Notes: generated from the sequence alone by a model not told the origin. Counted from the stretch's first letter, positions 11,366-25,290 are shown. The stretch is DNA of 64,000 nucleotides from Eledone cirrhosa (GCA_964016885.1 OZ024763.1:15500001-15564000), one strand, 5' to 3'. Made by a program: numbers and translations.

Positions 11366-11580
11366 CGCTCTCTCTCTCTCTCTCTCTCCCACATCATCAT
11401 CATTTTTATGGCCACCTTTCTATGCTTGTATGGGTTGAACAGGTATTTTTCAGCATAGCATCCCTCCACTCGTTTCATTCCTTCGTCATTTCCTCTGTAA
11501 GAGTCAGCAATTCAAGGTCATCTCTCACCCCTTTCTCCCAGGTCCTCCTTGGACTTTTTCTATTGCAGCTTCCACTGGAT
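9960..11580 (-). pseudogene. Decayed RTE-clade LINE RT fragments
   Basis: Remnant peptides [26 protein letters not shown]. Stops and frameshifts; interrupted by (CT)n at 11300-11387. Confidence 0.8.
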
Positions 11581-11581
11581 A

Positions 11582-12170
11582 GACTTACAACACTTAGTGG
11601 GGTTAATGAGCCGAATAGATGGGTAGTTATCAAAATTCGGTTTATGATACTTCAGAGTAAAATGAGGAATAGCAGAGTGTAGAGATTCAGAGTTCCGAAG
11701 TGATTTTTAAACCAATGTTGTTGATGTCATTAATAACACTCCGATCGGTTTTCCAGTAATCTTTGGTCACAGCCTTATGTAGCAATTGGTGATAGGTACT
11801 CTTCACAATTTGGTATAAATTACCAGTTTTATCAGAGTCAACATACACAGCTTTAGAATCCATTATCTGTTGGATTCTATTCTTCAAATCCTGTTGAAAG
11901 GAGTAGCTTCTCTTTCGAAATTACTTATCCACAGGAGTTCAAGTACATCCTTTTCCTAAGGTAATAAAACTCGCTTGTTTGGAGGGTTATTATTAGTTTT
12001 CAGTCCAAACTTTTCCTGGTGTTTATCAGCTTTATCCTGTTGAAATAGAAGGTCCGCCAACGCCACATCATTTTTATAAAAGAATCAGTTTTTTGGATGA
12101 GTCTTTTCAAGTATGTCTTCCTGTTTGATACTGGAATACTTTTCCATAAAAATATGAAAGTGTTGTTTCT
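11582..12170 (-). pseudogene. Decayed Penelope-like element ORF N-terminus (Naiad-like DKT variant)
   Basis: Remnant peptides KSIP..YLKRLIQKTDSFIK..RWRTFYF, VDSDKTGNLY, TLKYHKPNF..P.IRLINP. Frameshifted. Confidence 0.65.
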
Positions 12171-12433
12171 GTATAGTGGTTTTAAGTCAGAAGAGTGCTC
12201 TACTGAAGTAGCCAAATTGTAATAATAATAAATTATTTATTATTATTACTAGGTTAACTTTGCCTTTCATCCTTATGGGGTCGGTAAAATAAAGTACCAG
12301 TAATACACTGGAGTCGATTTTGGCCTTGTGCCAAAAGTAGAAACAATTATTATTACTATTATAACTATAACAACCCATGCTAGAGTGGAAAAATGGACAT
12401 TAAAGAGTGATGGTCATATATATATATATATAT

Positions 12434-12730
12434 AAAATACAATATGTTGAAAAGGTAACACACTAGAGAGAGATACAGTGCGCTATCAATAAAACAGGGA
12501 AAAACCACCTGTGTATGGAATCTATAACCTATGAAAGGCAGACTATAGACACAATAATTAAAAATATAAATTAAATTTAATCCCTGTTTTATTGATAGTG
12601 CACTCTATCTCTCTCTACTGTGTTACCTTTTCAACATATTGTATTTTAAAGAGCTCAGGATTTCCTCTCCTTTGAGCACATTATTTACAGGGAATTGCGA
12701 GAGTCTATGGCTCCGTTAATTTATCGTGAT
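12434..12730. mobile_element. Fold-back insert in (TA)n: arms 12434-12500 / 12580-12647 plus about 80-nt tail
   Basis: AAAATACAATATGTTGAAAAGGTAACAC... and its reverse complement, flanked by TA repeats. Confidence 0.75.
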
Positions 12731-12786
12731 ATATATATATAGGGATGAAACATAAGTCAATTGCATGAACTCATAATCCTTTATTT

Positions 12787-12842
12787 ACTGCTATATATAT
12801 TCCGATGATAGCCATTGAATGGCTATGATCTCATCAGGCAGT
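12787..12842 (-). ncRNA. Type I hammerhead ribozyme motif (GAAA changed to GGAA)
   Basis: Minus strand reads ACTGC-CTGATGA-GATCATAGCCATTCAATGGCTATCATC-GGAA-TATATA-TA-GCAGT. Confidence 0.7.
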
Positions 12843-12901
12843 TAGTCAGTTCTTAGATATGCCAGCTCTGTGTTTATGGTGTTGATGGTATCAGAGCATT
12901 G

Positions 12902-12953
<52 letters not shown>

Positions 12954-12962
12954 ATACATATG

Positions 12963-13047
<85 letters not shown>

Positions 13048-13069
13048 ATACATGTATGTATGTATATAT

Positions 13070-14140
13070 ATATGATGCCTGTGTAAGATGTGCAATGCTG
13101 CATGGTAGTGAGACATGGGCAGCAACTGTGGAGAATATGCAAAGGCTGGAGAGAGACGAAGCAAGCATGCTCCGATGGATGTGCAATGTCAATGTGCGTG
13201 AATGACCAAGCATAGACGAATTGTGAGAGAAACTGTGTATAAGAGGGATAAGCTGTAGTGTGTGAGAGAGAAGACTGCATTGGTATGGGCTTGTGATGCG
13301 CATGGAGGATGACCGCTGGGTAAAGAAGTGCCAAGAAATCCCAGTGGAAGGAAGATGCAGTAGAAAGCTGACCTCAGATCACTGAAGCTCACAGAGGAGA
13401 TGACGAAGAACCGTGATGAATGGAGAGATGGTGTGCTGTAAAGGACCTGTCCCACCCTGGCAAGCAGTGTAAAATGATGATGATGATGAGGATGAGGCTA
13501 TATATATATGCTGATGATCTGGTTCTTATAGCAGAATCAGTAGAGGAGCTAGAGAATAAATTCTGGCTATGGAAACAGCAGTTGGAATCAAGAGGCCTGA
13601 GAGTGAACATAGCTAAGACAAAAGTGTTGATAAGTAGAAAAGAGGACAAAACCCTGATTCTGTCAGGGAAATGGCTATGTTCGATATGTAGGAAAGGAAC
13701 TGGCATAAATTCCATAAAATGAATGCAATGCAGATCTTGGGTACACAAGAGGTGTAGTGGGATAGCAGGCAAACTGACAGGTAGGAAAAACTATGTATGC
13801 AGTAGATGTACAGGGAAAGTTGGTAGTAGTAATAGCAGTGATAGACACATTTTTCCAATGCAGGTGGGTTCTATAGAAGTGGTTGATACCTTCCGGTACC
13901 TAGGTGATCAGATTAGCATGGGAGGGGGTGGGGGTGGGTGGGTTCTGAGGCAATAGTATCTAGAATAAGGATGGGTTGGAAGAAGTTTAGGGAGCTGCTT
14001 CCTCTGTTGACAAAGAAGGGTTTCTCTCTGCGTACAAAAGGACGGTTATATGATGCCTGTGTGAGATGCGCGATGCTGCATGGTAGTGAGACGTGGGCAG
14101 CAACTCCAGAGGATATGCGACGGCTGGAGAGAAATGAATG
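13070..14140 (+). pseudogene. Two RTE LINE fragments (3' end, then YADD-PHD-thumb segment)
   Basis: [27 protein letters not shown] and CSIC...C..WVHKRC...CSRC. (GAT)n tail at about 13475-13490. Confidence 0.85.
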
Positions 14141-14660
14141 AATGTATGTGTGTGTTTGTGTGAATGTATGGATGTATGTGTTTGTTTGTGTGAATGTATG
14201 AATGTATGTTTGTTTGTGTGAATGTATGAATGTATGTGTGTGTTTGTGTGAATGTATGGATGTATGTGTTTGTTTGTGTGAATGTATGAATGTATGTTTG
14301 TTTGTGTGTTTGTGTGAATGTATGTGTGTGTTTGTGTGAATGTATGGATGTATGTGTTTGTTTGTGTGAATGTATGAATGTATGTTTGTTTGTGTGAATG
14401 TATGTGTGTGTTTGTGTGAATGTGTGTTTATGTTTGTGTGAATGTATGAATGTAAGTGTGCGTTTGTGTGAATGTGTGTTTATGTTTGTGTGAATGTATG
14501 AATGTAAGTGTGCGTTTGTGTGAATGTATGTTTATGCGTATTTTTGTAAGTGTATCTGTGTTTGCGTGTTTATATCTATATACTCATACAATTAAATGTA
14601 TGCATATACACATACACACATGCATATACACATACACACATGCATATACATATACACATA
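14138..14660. repeat. GT-rich compound microsatellite (GAATGTATGT/GTTT) and (TACA)n
   Basis: Direct reading of the sequence. Confidence 0.9.
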
Positions 14661-15014
14661 CATGTCAGTGTGTTGAAAAACATTCTAGTATCTATATATA
14701 GTTTACACAATAATTTCAGTAACTTTGTGGGTGACTGGATGGGGTACCATTATAATCACCCAGTACTAAGTCAGAGTGTATAAATTAAGTATAACAAGAT
14801 GAAGTTTCATATAAACGATTTTATTGATTATTGACCATTTATATACCTTTCACAGATGATTGATTCAAGGTCCTTATGGATACTAGAGACCCAACTCCCT
14901 GTATTGATCTGTTCAACAGACATGTTAATCAATCTAAAAACAAAATTTCATTGTATGCACTGGTCAATAATCAATAAAAACATTCATGTAAAACTTCTTA
15001 TACTTAATATATAT

Positions 15015-15044
<30 letters not shown>

Positions 15045-15045
<1 letters not shown>

Positions 15046-15309
15046 TAAAATATTTAAAAAATAATGAATAAAACAATGAAACAGTTCCTTATATTAAACA
15101 AAAAAAGTTCATTATTTAACGATCGTTAATATAAGGAACTGTTTCATTGTTTTATTCATTATTTTTTTAATATTTTATCTTGACTCTGTATTCCGTTTAT
15201 CTTTCACCGAAAGTGATTTTTGAATGCATCTCTTCTTTCCATGATATCCGGATTACATTGAGTTCTTCATACGGATTGGACACTACCGTAAACTTTTGGT
15301 AGATTTATC

Positions 15310-15312
<3 letters not shown>
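15045..15312. mobile_element. Fold-back insert in (TA)n: arms 15045-15096 / 15126-15179 plus about 130-nt tail
   Basis: AATAATGAATAAAACAATGAAACAGTTCCTTATATTAA and its reverse complement. Confidence 0.75.
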
Positions 15313-15357
<45 letters not shown>

Positions 15358-15360
<3 letters not shown>

Positions 15361-15610
15361 TCATCAACATCATTTTACGTCCGCTTTTCCCTGCTTGCAA
15401 GGGTGGGTCGGGAACTGATTCTGGCTTGATTTCTACAGCTGGATGCCCTTCCTAACACCAACTTCATTTACAGTGAGTGCTGGGTGCTTTTTTTCCGTGG
15501 TGCCTACACGTCCACTTTGCAGTGTGGGCTGGGTGCTTTTTTGCTGTGGCACCTCCACGACCACTTTGCAGTGGAAGGGTGAAGGGGAATATTATCTATA
15601 TGCTTCAGCT
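15358..15610 (-). mobile_element. RTE-type 3' end / S2 tail with (CAT)n
   Basis: Matches the 3' ends at 17597-17905, 35282-35455 and the S2 SINEs. Confidence 0.75.
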
Positions 15611-15893
15611 TCGGCTTGTACCCGGGCTGCTACCAGTGGTCTGGATAATGATGACATCACTAACCAGTGACCAACCCAAGGACGGGCAAAGCGGATGAAG
15701 GTGGACGATACAGACCTGGAGGATCAGGAACCCCAGAAAGAGGACATGCTCCAAAATCAATAGATGTGTCCGAGGAACCTGCGAGGTTAGAGTCAGGTCG
15801 ATCCACACAGATCGCACCACGTGCTGTTCACCGGGGAAACAATTGTAACACACAATAAATTGAGTTCTGATGCATCACTGACTTTTCATTTTC

Positions 15894-15974
<81 letters not shown>

Positions 15975-15976
15975 CG

Positions 15977-16019
<43 letters not shown>

Positions 16020-16316
16020 AAATTAAAAGGTACAGTTAAAAACTCACAATAATCCCCTATTATCCAGGAAGCTGAAGGAAGAGGGACCGAGCTCTTTATA
16101 AATCATAGCAATGAGAAAAAGGCACATAATGTATATATATATGTATATAACATATATCTTATGTCCGGGTGTATATCGTTATAGTGGAGGTTTGTACACT
16201 TTGATTATTCTTTGTATTTATCGTTCCCCCTGTAGTTTTTAAGTGCTTTAGCAGGGTGGTACTTATTACCCTCTTATCTGACATAATCTATTATATCCCT
16301 TTCTCTCATTGATATG

Positions 16317-16360
<44 letters not shown>

Positions 16361-16597
16361 GTGTGTGTATGTATGTATATGTAGGCTATCTATAGATAAA
16401 AAGCCAAGGAAAACAATGCTGAATCTATTGCAAGAGAGCGTACTTAATATAATTAAAATTTCATGCACTTAACATATGTGTGCCATCTTAGGTTTTGGGG
16501 TTTGCCTAGAGCTACCATTGTATAGTGGAGAACCCTAAGGTCGTGCACACATGATAAGTGTATGAACTTTACACACACACACACACAGACACACATA

Positions 16598-18372
16598 TGT
16601 GGGTGGTTGATAGCTTCCGATACCTAGGTGATTAGATTAGCAAGAGAGGAGGATGCTCTGAGACCATAGTATCAAGAATAAGGACAGGATGGAAGAAGTT
16701 TAGGCAGCTGCTTCCTCTGTTGACAACGAAGGGTTTCTCCCAATGGATGAAAGATCAGTTGCATAATGCCTGTGTGAGATGTGTGACGCTTCATGGTAGT
16801 GAGATATGGGAAGCAACTGCGGAGGATATGCGACGGCTGGAGAGAAATGAAGCAAGCATGCTTCGATGGATGTGCAGCGTAAATGTGCATGAATGACCAA
16901 ACATGGGTGAGTTGAGAGAGAAACTGTATATAACAAGAATAAACTGTAGTGTGCAGGAGAGGAGACTGCGTTGGTATGGACATGTGATGCGCATGGAGGA
17001 TGACCACTGGGTGAAGAAGTGCCAAGTAATCCCAGTAGACGCAGTAGAAGAAGACCATGGAAAATATGGACGAAGGTGGTGAGAGCAGACCTCAGATCAC
17101 GGAAGCTCACAGAGGAGATGACGAAGGACCGTGACATGTGGAGAGATGCTGTGCTGAAGAGGACCCGTCCCATCCTTGCAAGCAGGGAAAAGTGGACGTA
17201 AAATGATGATGAACGGTAATTATGACTCAGAAGTCTTTGATGTGCAGTAGATACTCCCCCAGGTGCATGTGACTTTAAAAGAAGATCTCCTCATCCTTGT
17301 GTCCCTAATCTTCCCTCATACCATCTGATTGACCTTCAAGGTCATGATGCCCTCAGCTCAAACCTCTTATGAGTACACTGCACCTAATTGACGTACACCT
17401 TGGCCCCTTCCTGCTGAGGAACTGCTTTGTCCTGCTGAAGCTTTTGTATATCTTTTGTAGTGCCCCATTTTACAGTCAAGCATCTCATCTCACAGATCTT
17501 GATGCCTGTATATGACATGGACCACTTCAGTGGTGTGGTGCTAGATGGTAATAAGCCACCTTATTAGTCAAACACACTAGCTTACTATTGTCCAGTCATC
17601 ATCATCATCATCATCACCGTTTTACGTCCGTTCTTCCACGCTAGCATGGGTTAGACGGGTTGTCCTGTTGTGGGCAGTGTCTGGTCGGCTGACCATGCCT
17701 TGCTCATACAGGAACTGATCTGGCTTGATTTCTACAGCTGGATGCCCTTCCTAACACCAACCTCATTTACAGTGAGTGCTGGGTGCTTTTTCGTGGCGCC
17801 TACACGTCCACTTTACAGTGTGGGCTGGGTGCTTTTTTGCCGTGGCGCCTGCACGACCACCTTGCAGTGGGGGGTGTGGGGGCATATTGTCTATATGCTT
17901 CAGCATGTACCCATGGGAGGTCGGGTACCCTGTATTACTGCGTGACGCCAGAAGTCACGGTCGTGTGTCATTGACTTTGAGAGGTGTAGTTGGGTAAGGT
18001 CGGCTTTTATCACCTCATCCCAAGTCATCTTGGGTCTCCCCACTCCGCGGTTTCCATCAACTTCTAGTGCTCTGCACCTTTTTATGCAGCTGTCATCCTT
18101 CATACGCATCACATGTCCATACCAGCGTAACCGCCTCTCCTGCACGCAGCATTTGATTCCTCTTATGCTCAGTCTCTCTCTCAATTCATTTATGCTTTGT
18201 CGTTCACGTATATTACTGTTACACATCCATCGGAGCATGCAGGCTTCGTTTCTCTCTAATCTACGTAGGTCTTCCACCTTCAGCGCCCAGGTCTCACTAC
18301 CATGCAACATCGCTGTTCGGATACACGCATCATACAGTCTGCCTTTCATTCTGAGGGAGAAGCCTTTTGTAT
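16598..18372. pseudogene. Cluster of RTE LINE fragments: 16598-17212 (+), about 17212-17595 (-, probable upstream ORF part), 17597-18372 (-, 3' end)
   Basis: ORF 17900-18349 reads [20 protein letters not shown]...RRLRWYGHV...GRPKMTW. (ATG)n tails present. Confidence 0.85.
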
Positions 18373-18579
18373 AACGGAATACTCCTATATTTTACTGGCG
18401 AAGATTCAAAACCGAATTTGAGCTTTCCCGCCTCTGGGACACTCAATCGTTGGAAGTTCTCGCATTTGTCCTGTCAACGATAGTGGATGACATTCCATTT
18501 GACCTGTGACCCCAACCCCTTGGGAGATGCTAACCACAGGTCAGATCATATATCCATCCTTCTAACTTTAGCACTTATT

Positions 18580-18762
18580 TGGATTGGCAGTATCGGTAGA
18601 GGGTCGGACGTCATGCTTTCCAGCATAGTTACGTCCCTTTACGATCTGAGTTCAAATCCCGCCGAGGTTGACTTTGCCTTTCATCCTTACAGGGTCGATA
18701 AAATAAAGTACCAGTAATACACTGGGTAATTGCTGGCCTTGTGCCTAAAGTAGAAACAATTA
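18580..18762 (+). mobile_element. SINE family S1 (other copies 12250-12350, 19211-19396, 40768-40942, 57128-57198, 59258-59442, diverged 60190-60272)
   Basis: A-box TGGCAGTATCGG, B-box GAGTTCAAATCC and Nin-like core. Confidence 0.82.
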
Positions 18763-19449
18763 TAAATACAAGGACTGAGAGAACAAAAGGAGGAGAATCG
18801 AAGCAGCAGTCAAGAAGATAACTATGTAGACATCAGTAGACCTTTCACCCTATCTTTCTCCTGGCCCTTACTGGCTTACCTTCTCAGCCAGACAGCCAGT
18901 CATGCTTGCCTGACAGATTGACCATTACTACTAAGACAATAATGTATACTAACACACACACACACGCATAGTAAGTTCATATTTTTATATTATACTCTCA
19001 TCCTATTTTTCCTGCCATATTGTATCTTCAAGACACAACACAACTTATATACTATATCGTCTTATCCGATACATGGACTCAAGTTGGTTTGTAGAGCCAA
19101 CAATTTAATGTAGCAATGGTTCAAGTCATAAATTTTATTACTCGATGTTCGAATCAAATATTGTTATTATAAAATAAACATTGTTAACAACTCAATCATG
19201 ACATCATTCGGTGGATTGGCAGTATCGGTAGAGGGTCGGACGCCATGCTTTGAAGCATAGAGTTACCTCCCTGTATGATCTGAGTTCAAATCCCGCCGAG
19301 GTTAACTTTGCCTTTCATCCTTCCGGGGTCGATAAAATAAAGTACCAGTAATGTACTGGGTAATTGCTGGCCTTGTGCCTAAAGTAGAAACAATTATTCT
19401 TGTCATCAAAACCATTATATCAACAATACAACCTATCGGTTACAAGTGG

Positions 19450-20042
19450 TACCAGATGATATCAAGCCACCTTACTGGTCAGATACACAGGCTTCACACT
19501 GTCCAGTTCAGTGACTCCAGATGACATCAAGCCACCTTACTGGTCAGACACACTGACTTCACATTGTCTAGTACAGTGACTCCAGATGACAACAAGCCAC
19601 CTTACTGGTCAGACACACAGACTTCACATTGTCCAGTTCAGTGACTCCAGATGACAAGCCACCTTACTGGTCAGACACACTGACTTAACATTGTCCAGTT
19701 CAGTGACTCCAGATGACACGAAGCCACCTTACTGGTCAGACACACAGGTTTAACATTGTCCAGTTCAGTGACTCCAGATGACAACAAGCCACCTTACTGG
19801 TCAGACACACTGACTTCACATTGTCCAGTTCAGTGACTCCAGATGACAACAAGCCACCTTACTGGTCAAACACACAGGTTTAACATTGTCCAGTTCAGTG
19901 ACTCCAGATGACAACAAGCCACCTTACTGGTCAGACACACTGACTTCACATTGTCCAGTTCAGTGACTCCAGATGACAACAAGCCACCTTACTGGTCAGA
20001 CACACTGACTTCACATTGTCCAGTTCAGTGACTCCAGATGAC
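19450..20042. repeat. Minisatellite, unit about 63-65 bp, about 9 copies
   Basis: Unit CCAGATGACAACAAGCCACCTTACTGGTCAGACACACTGACTTCACATTGTCCAGTTCAGTGACT. Confidence 0.92.
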
Positions 20043-20254
20043 TTCTGGTGTTCTTAGTCTCTTGACCACTTCCCACAGCTATCAGGAGAGATTTGGACAC
20101 AGAGAGGAATGAGCCCCAGAATTTTGTGAGCCTGTTTCACTTATCTCCCTTGGAGGTAACACTACCTCTCTTGTGTCTGTTGGCACCATGAGTCAGTATG
20201 TACCTGGGGCTCTGTTGGAGTGTGTGCTCTCACATTGTCCAGTAATATATCATT

Positions 20255-20915
20255 GTGGTAGTGATGATGGTGGTGGTGGTGGCAGTGCTGGCGGTGGTTG
20301 TGGTGGTGGTGATGTTGATGATGGTGGTGGTGGTGGTAGTGGTAGTGATGGTGGTGGCAGTGGTGGTGGTGGTGGTGGTGTTGGTCTGTGTATTATTGGA
20401 AAGTGGTGGTGGTGGTGGTGGTGGTGTTGTTGGTTGTGGTGGTGGTGCTGTTGATGATGGTGGTGGTGGTGGTGGTGGCAGTGGTGGTGGTGGTGGTGTT
20501 GGTCTGTGTATTATTGGAAAGCGGCGGTGGTGGTGGTGCTGTTGATGATGGTGGTGGTGGTGGTGGTAATGGTAGTGATGGTGGCGGCAGTGGTGGTGTT
20601 GTTGTTGGTGGTGGTGGTTGTAGTGGTTGTGGTGGTGGTGCTGTTGAGGATGGTGGTGGTAGTGGTAGTGGTAGTGATGGTGATGGTGGTGGTGGTGGTG
20701 GTGGTGATGGTGAAGCCGGTGGTGGTGGTGAAGCTGGTGGTAGTGGTGATGGTGATGGTGGTGGTGGTGGTGGTGGTGGTGTTTTGTTGTTGTTGTTGGT
20801 GGTTGTGGTGGTGGTGGTGGTGGTGGTAGTGATGGTGGTGGTGGTGGTGGTGGTGTTTTGTTGTTGGTGGTGGTGGTTGTGGTGGTGGTGGTAGTAGTGG
20901 TAGTGATGGTGGTGG
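20255..20915. repeat. (GGT)n low-complexity tract
   Basis: Direct reading of the sequence. Confidence 0.92.
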
Positions 20916-22179
20916 TCTATGTAATATTGGAGAGTGTTCTCTCACATTGTCCAGGCTTATGCTATTATGGTAGAGATGGTGGAGATCTACTAGAGTTGAC
21001 ACACACATACATACACACACCTCTCTACACATACACACACCTCTGTACACATACACATACACACCAACAACATCCAACTATCCTTGAAAATCACTATCTA
21101 GTTGATGTTGACTAAATTCCAATGAAAATGTCTTCTTTCTGTTTCAAAAACCGGACCTCTCATTCTCCCAATGTAAATTTGTATATGTATATATGTATAT
21201 ATATATATATGTGTGTATGTATAATCACACGACACTTGTGAGCTATAATTAGCAGTGAAGTTGATGGAAGGGGTAGGAGGAAGGGGAGCAGGAACAGGTT
21301 GTATATATATATATATATATATTTATGTATATATGTGTGTGTGTGTCTATATATAAATATACATACATTTATTTATTAATAGCAAGGGGAGGCGATCGAC
21401 ACTAGCATCGATTATCTCCCCCTGTCAGTCCCCCCACCACCTCGAGTACCGCCTCCTCCTTCGCCTCTTCGGCAGACATCTGTCAAGTCTGTGGTTAGCA
21501 ATGAAACTTGTTAGTTGCTGCGGGCGAACCCTTGTCTGTGTCATCCGTCTGTTGCCATTTGTCGTCTGGTAACTCTTCTTACACACTCAGTGCTGCTGGG
21601 ACTACTATTACTACTATTGCTGATGTTGTTGTTGGATGATTTGGTGATGGTTTAACGGTTTCGTATCCAAACATTTCGTCTTTATCTCTTTTTTTTTTCT
21701 CTCTATCTCTCTATCTATCTCTGTCTCTCTTCCTCTCTCACTCCTTCTGTCTATTTCTCTCTCCCTGTCTCCCTCTGTCACACCACACGCCATCGCACCT
21801 GCACACGCAAACACACCGTCTCTATTATACACACACACACAATCATCGCACCTGCACACGCACAAACACGTTATCGCACACAAACATACACGTAAACATA
21901 TTGTCACACACAAGCACTCGTACAGACACTAATACATCGTAAAGAAACGCACCTACACGGACACACGCACACGCAGTCTCTATTAAACACACACACACAT
22001 ATAGACGTATTGACAAACGTTTAACACCGCGCACACACACACACACACATCATACATTCACCCCCATACAAAATATATACACCCCCATACAACATACATA
22101 CGCACCCATCGCCTATATATACACACAGTCTCTCTCACTTTCTCCCACACAGACACATTTATAAGGAGTTAAATACCCA

Positions 22180-23446
22180 TCCCGTCTTCCAAGACATCAC
22201 AAAACATTCCTCACACCACCACCACGACCACAGTACACACTTGACTGAATACCACTAAACCACCCTAGATATCTCACTCCTCACCATCTTAATACCAGAA
22301 CACACCACGCCATACCACCCCACACGATATCATCACTACACCATACCACAAGACACTAGAACACAACCACTACATCATACCACACTCCTCGCCACCAGAC
22401 CGACACAAACATATTGTCAACAGTTTAACACCACACAACCACACCACACCACCACTACGGCACTATATCACTATAAACAACACCACCACTACACCACCAC
22501 TACTACACACCACACCACAACTACGACACTATATCACTATAAACAACACCACACCACACTACACCACGACGACACAACACCACACTGCACTAGGCCGCTA
22601 AACGATACCACACCACTACACAACCATCCTTACACATCACGTTACAACACCGCCACTACACCACACCACATTGCACTACGCCACCACGCCACGAGACCGC
22701 TACAACACCACTATAACGCACACTACACCACCACTACTCCACTACACCACACCACTACACTAAACACTACACCACCACACCACGAGACCGCTACAACACC
22801 ACACACTACATCACCACACCACGAGACCGCTACAACACCACTACATACTACACCACTACACACTACACTACACTACCACACACTACACTACACCACTACA
22901 CACTACACCACCACACCACGAGACCGCTTGTGTGACGAACAAGAACCGATAAAAGAGACATAAATTACGTTGACATCCGTCTATCTTAGACTGACGAACA
23001 GTTTCTACTAACACACACACATACATACACACGTATATACATACATACACATACACACACATACATACACACACATACGCACATACACATATATACATAC
23101 ATACACACACACACACACACATACATACACACGTACATACGCACATACACATACACACACACATATATATATATACACATACATATACAGACACGCACAC
23201 ACTCACTCACTCACACACACACATATACATACACATATATACATTATCACACATACATACATACATACATACACACATACACACGCATCTATACACTATT
23301 ACACACACATACACATACATACATACATACATACACTAAACCATAACTCTCGAAAAAAATCATCATCTTCATCATACACATACGCACATACACATACATA
23401 CACACATATATATATACATATATACATATACGCACACACACACACT

Positions 23447-23478
<32 letters not shown>

Positions 23479-25056
23479 TACACATATATACATTATCACA
23501 CATACATACATACACACATACACACGCATCTATACACTATTTATTACACACACATACATACACACGCTAAACCATAACTCTCGAAAAAAATCATCATCAC
23601 CATCACCATCTTCATCATCTTCACCATCACCATCATCATCAACATCACCATCATCATTATCACCATCATCATCAACAACAACAACAACATTATCGCTATT
23701 GAGTCGATAGAACCCATCTGGTGTTAGTGGAATCTTTCTACGAAACCAAATTCTTCTTCAGCAGAAGGAACTGTCAGTGATTTCACTGTAGCAATAACAA
23801 CAACAACATCGCCAGCAACAACAACAACAACAACAACAACAACATCGCTAACAACATCATCATCAACAAGAACATCATCAACATCGCTAACATCATCGTC
23901 ACCACTATCGCCAGCATCAACAACAACAACAGCAACAACAACAACATCACCATCATCGCTAACATCATCATCACTATCGCCAGCATCAACAACAACAACA
24001 TCGACAGCATCAACAACAACAACAACATCACCATCATCGCTAACATCATCATCACTATCGCCAGCATCAACAACAGCAACAGCAACAACAACAACATCAC
24101 CATCATCGCTAACATCATCATCATCACTATCGCCAGCATCAACAACAACAACATCGACAGCATCAACAACAACAACAACATCACCATCATCGCTAACATC
24201 ATCATCACTATCGCCAGCATCAACAACAGCAACAGCAACAACAACAACATCACCATCATCGCTAACATCATCATCATCACTATCGCCAGCATCAACAACA
24301 ACAACATCGACAGCATCAACAACAACAACAACATCACCATCATCGCTAACATCATCATCACTATCGCCAGCATCAACAACAACAACATCGACAGCATCAA
24401 CAACAACAACAACAACATCGCTAACATCATCATCATCACTATCGCCAGCATCAACAACAACAACATCGACAGCATCAACAACAACTTCACTATCGTCAAT
24501 ATTATCAACAACATTGCTAACACCAACAACAATAACAACATCGCTAACAACAACACCATTACCAACACCAACAACAACATTGCTAATAATAGCATCGCCA
24601 ACAACAACAACACCAACACTTACAACAACACTAACGATAACATCATCATCACCGCTAACATCAACAACAACAACATCGCTAATAACAACAACAACAACAT
24701 TGTTAACAACATCGCCAGCATCAAAAGCATCGCTAACAACACCACCATCACCACCACCGACAACAACAACAACAACACCAACACTACACCACCACCACCA
24801 CCACCACCAGCAACATCACCAACAACACCACCATCACCACCACCGACAACAACAACAACAACACCAACACCAACACTACACCACCACCACCACCACCAGC
24901 AACATCACCAACAACACCAGCAACATCAACAACAACACCATCACCACCGACAACACCACCACCAACAACAATAACACCACCAGCAACATCACCAACAACA
25001 ACACCACCAGCAGCAACATCACCACCAACAACAACACCAACAACAACACCAACACC

Positions 25057-25087
<31 letters not shown>

Positions 25088-25290
25088 CCATCACCACCAC
25101 ATACAACAGTAATAATTTCTACATCACCACCATCACCACCTCCAACAACAACAACACCAACAACATCACCACCACCAACAACAACAACAGCAACCCCACC
25201 AGCAACGACGACAACACCAACAACGACAGCAACACCACCACCACCACCCCACCACCACCAACAACAACAACACCACCAACAACAACAACA
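22180..25290. repeat. CA-rich low-complexity block: (CAC/TAC)n, (CA/TACA)n, and (CAA/CAT)n with higher-order units
   Basis: Direct reading. Short unique islands at about 22925-23010 and 23690-23790. Confidence 0.9.
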
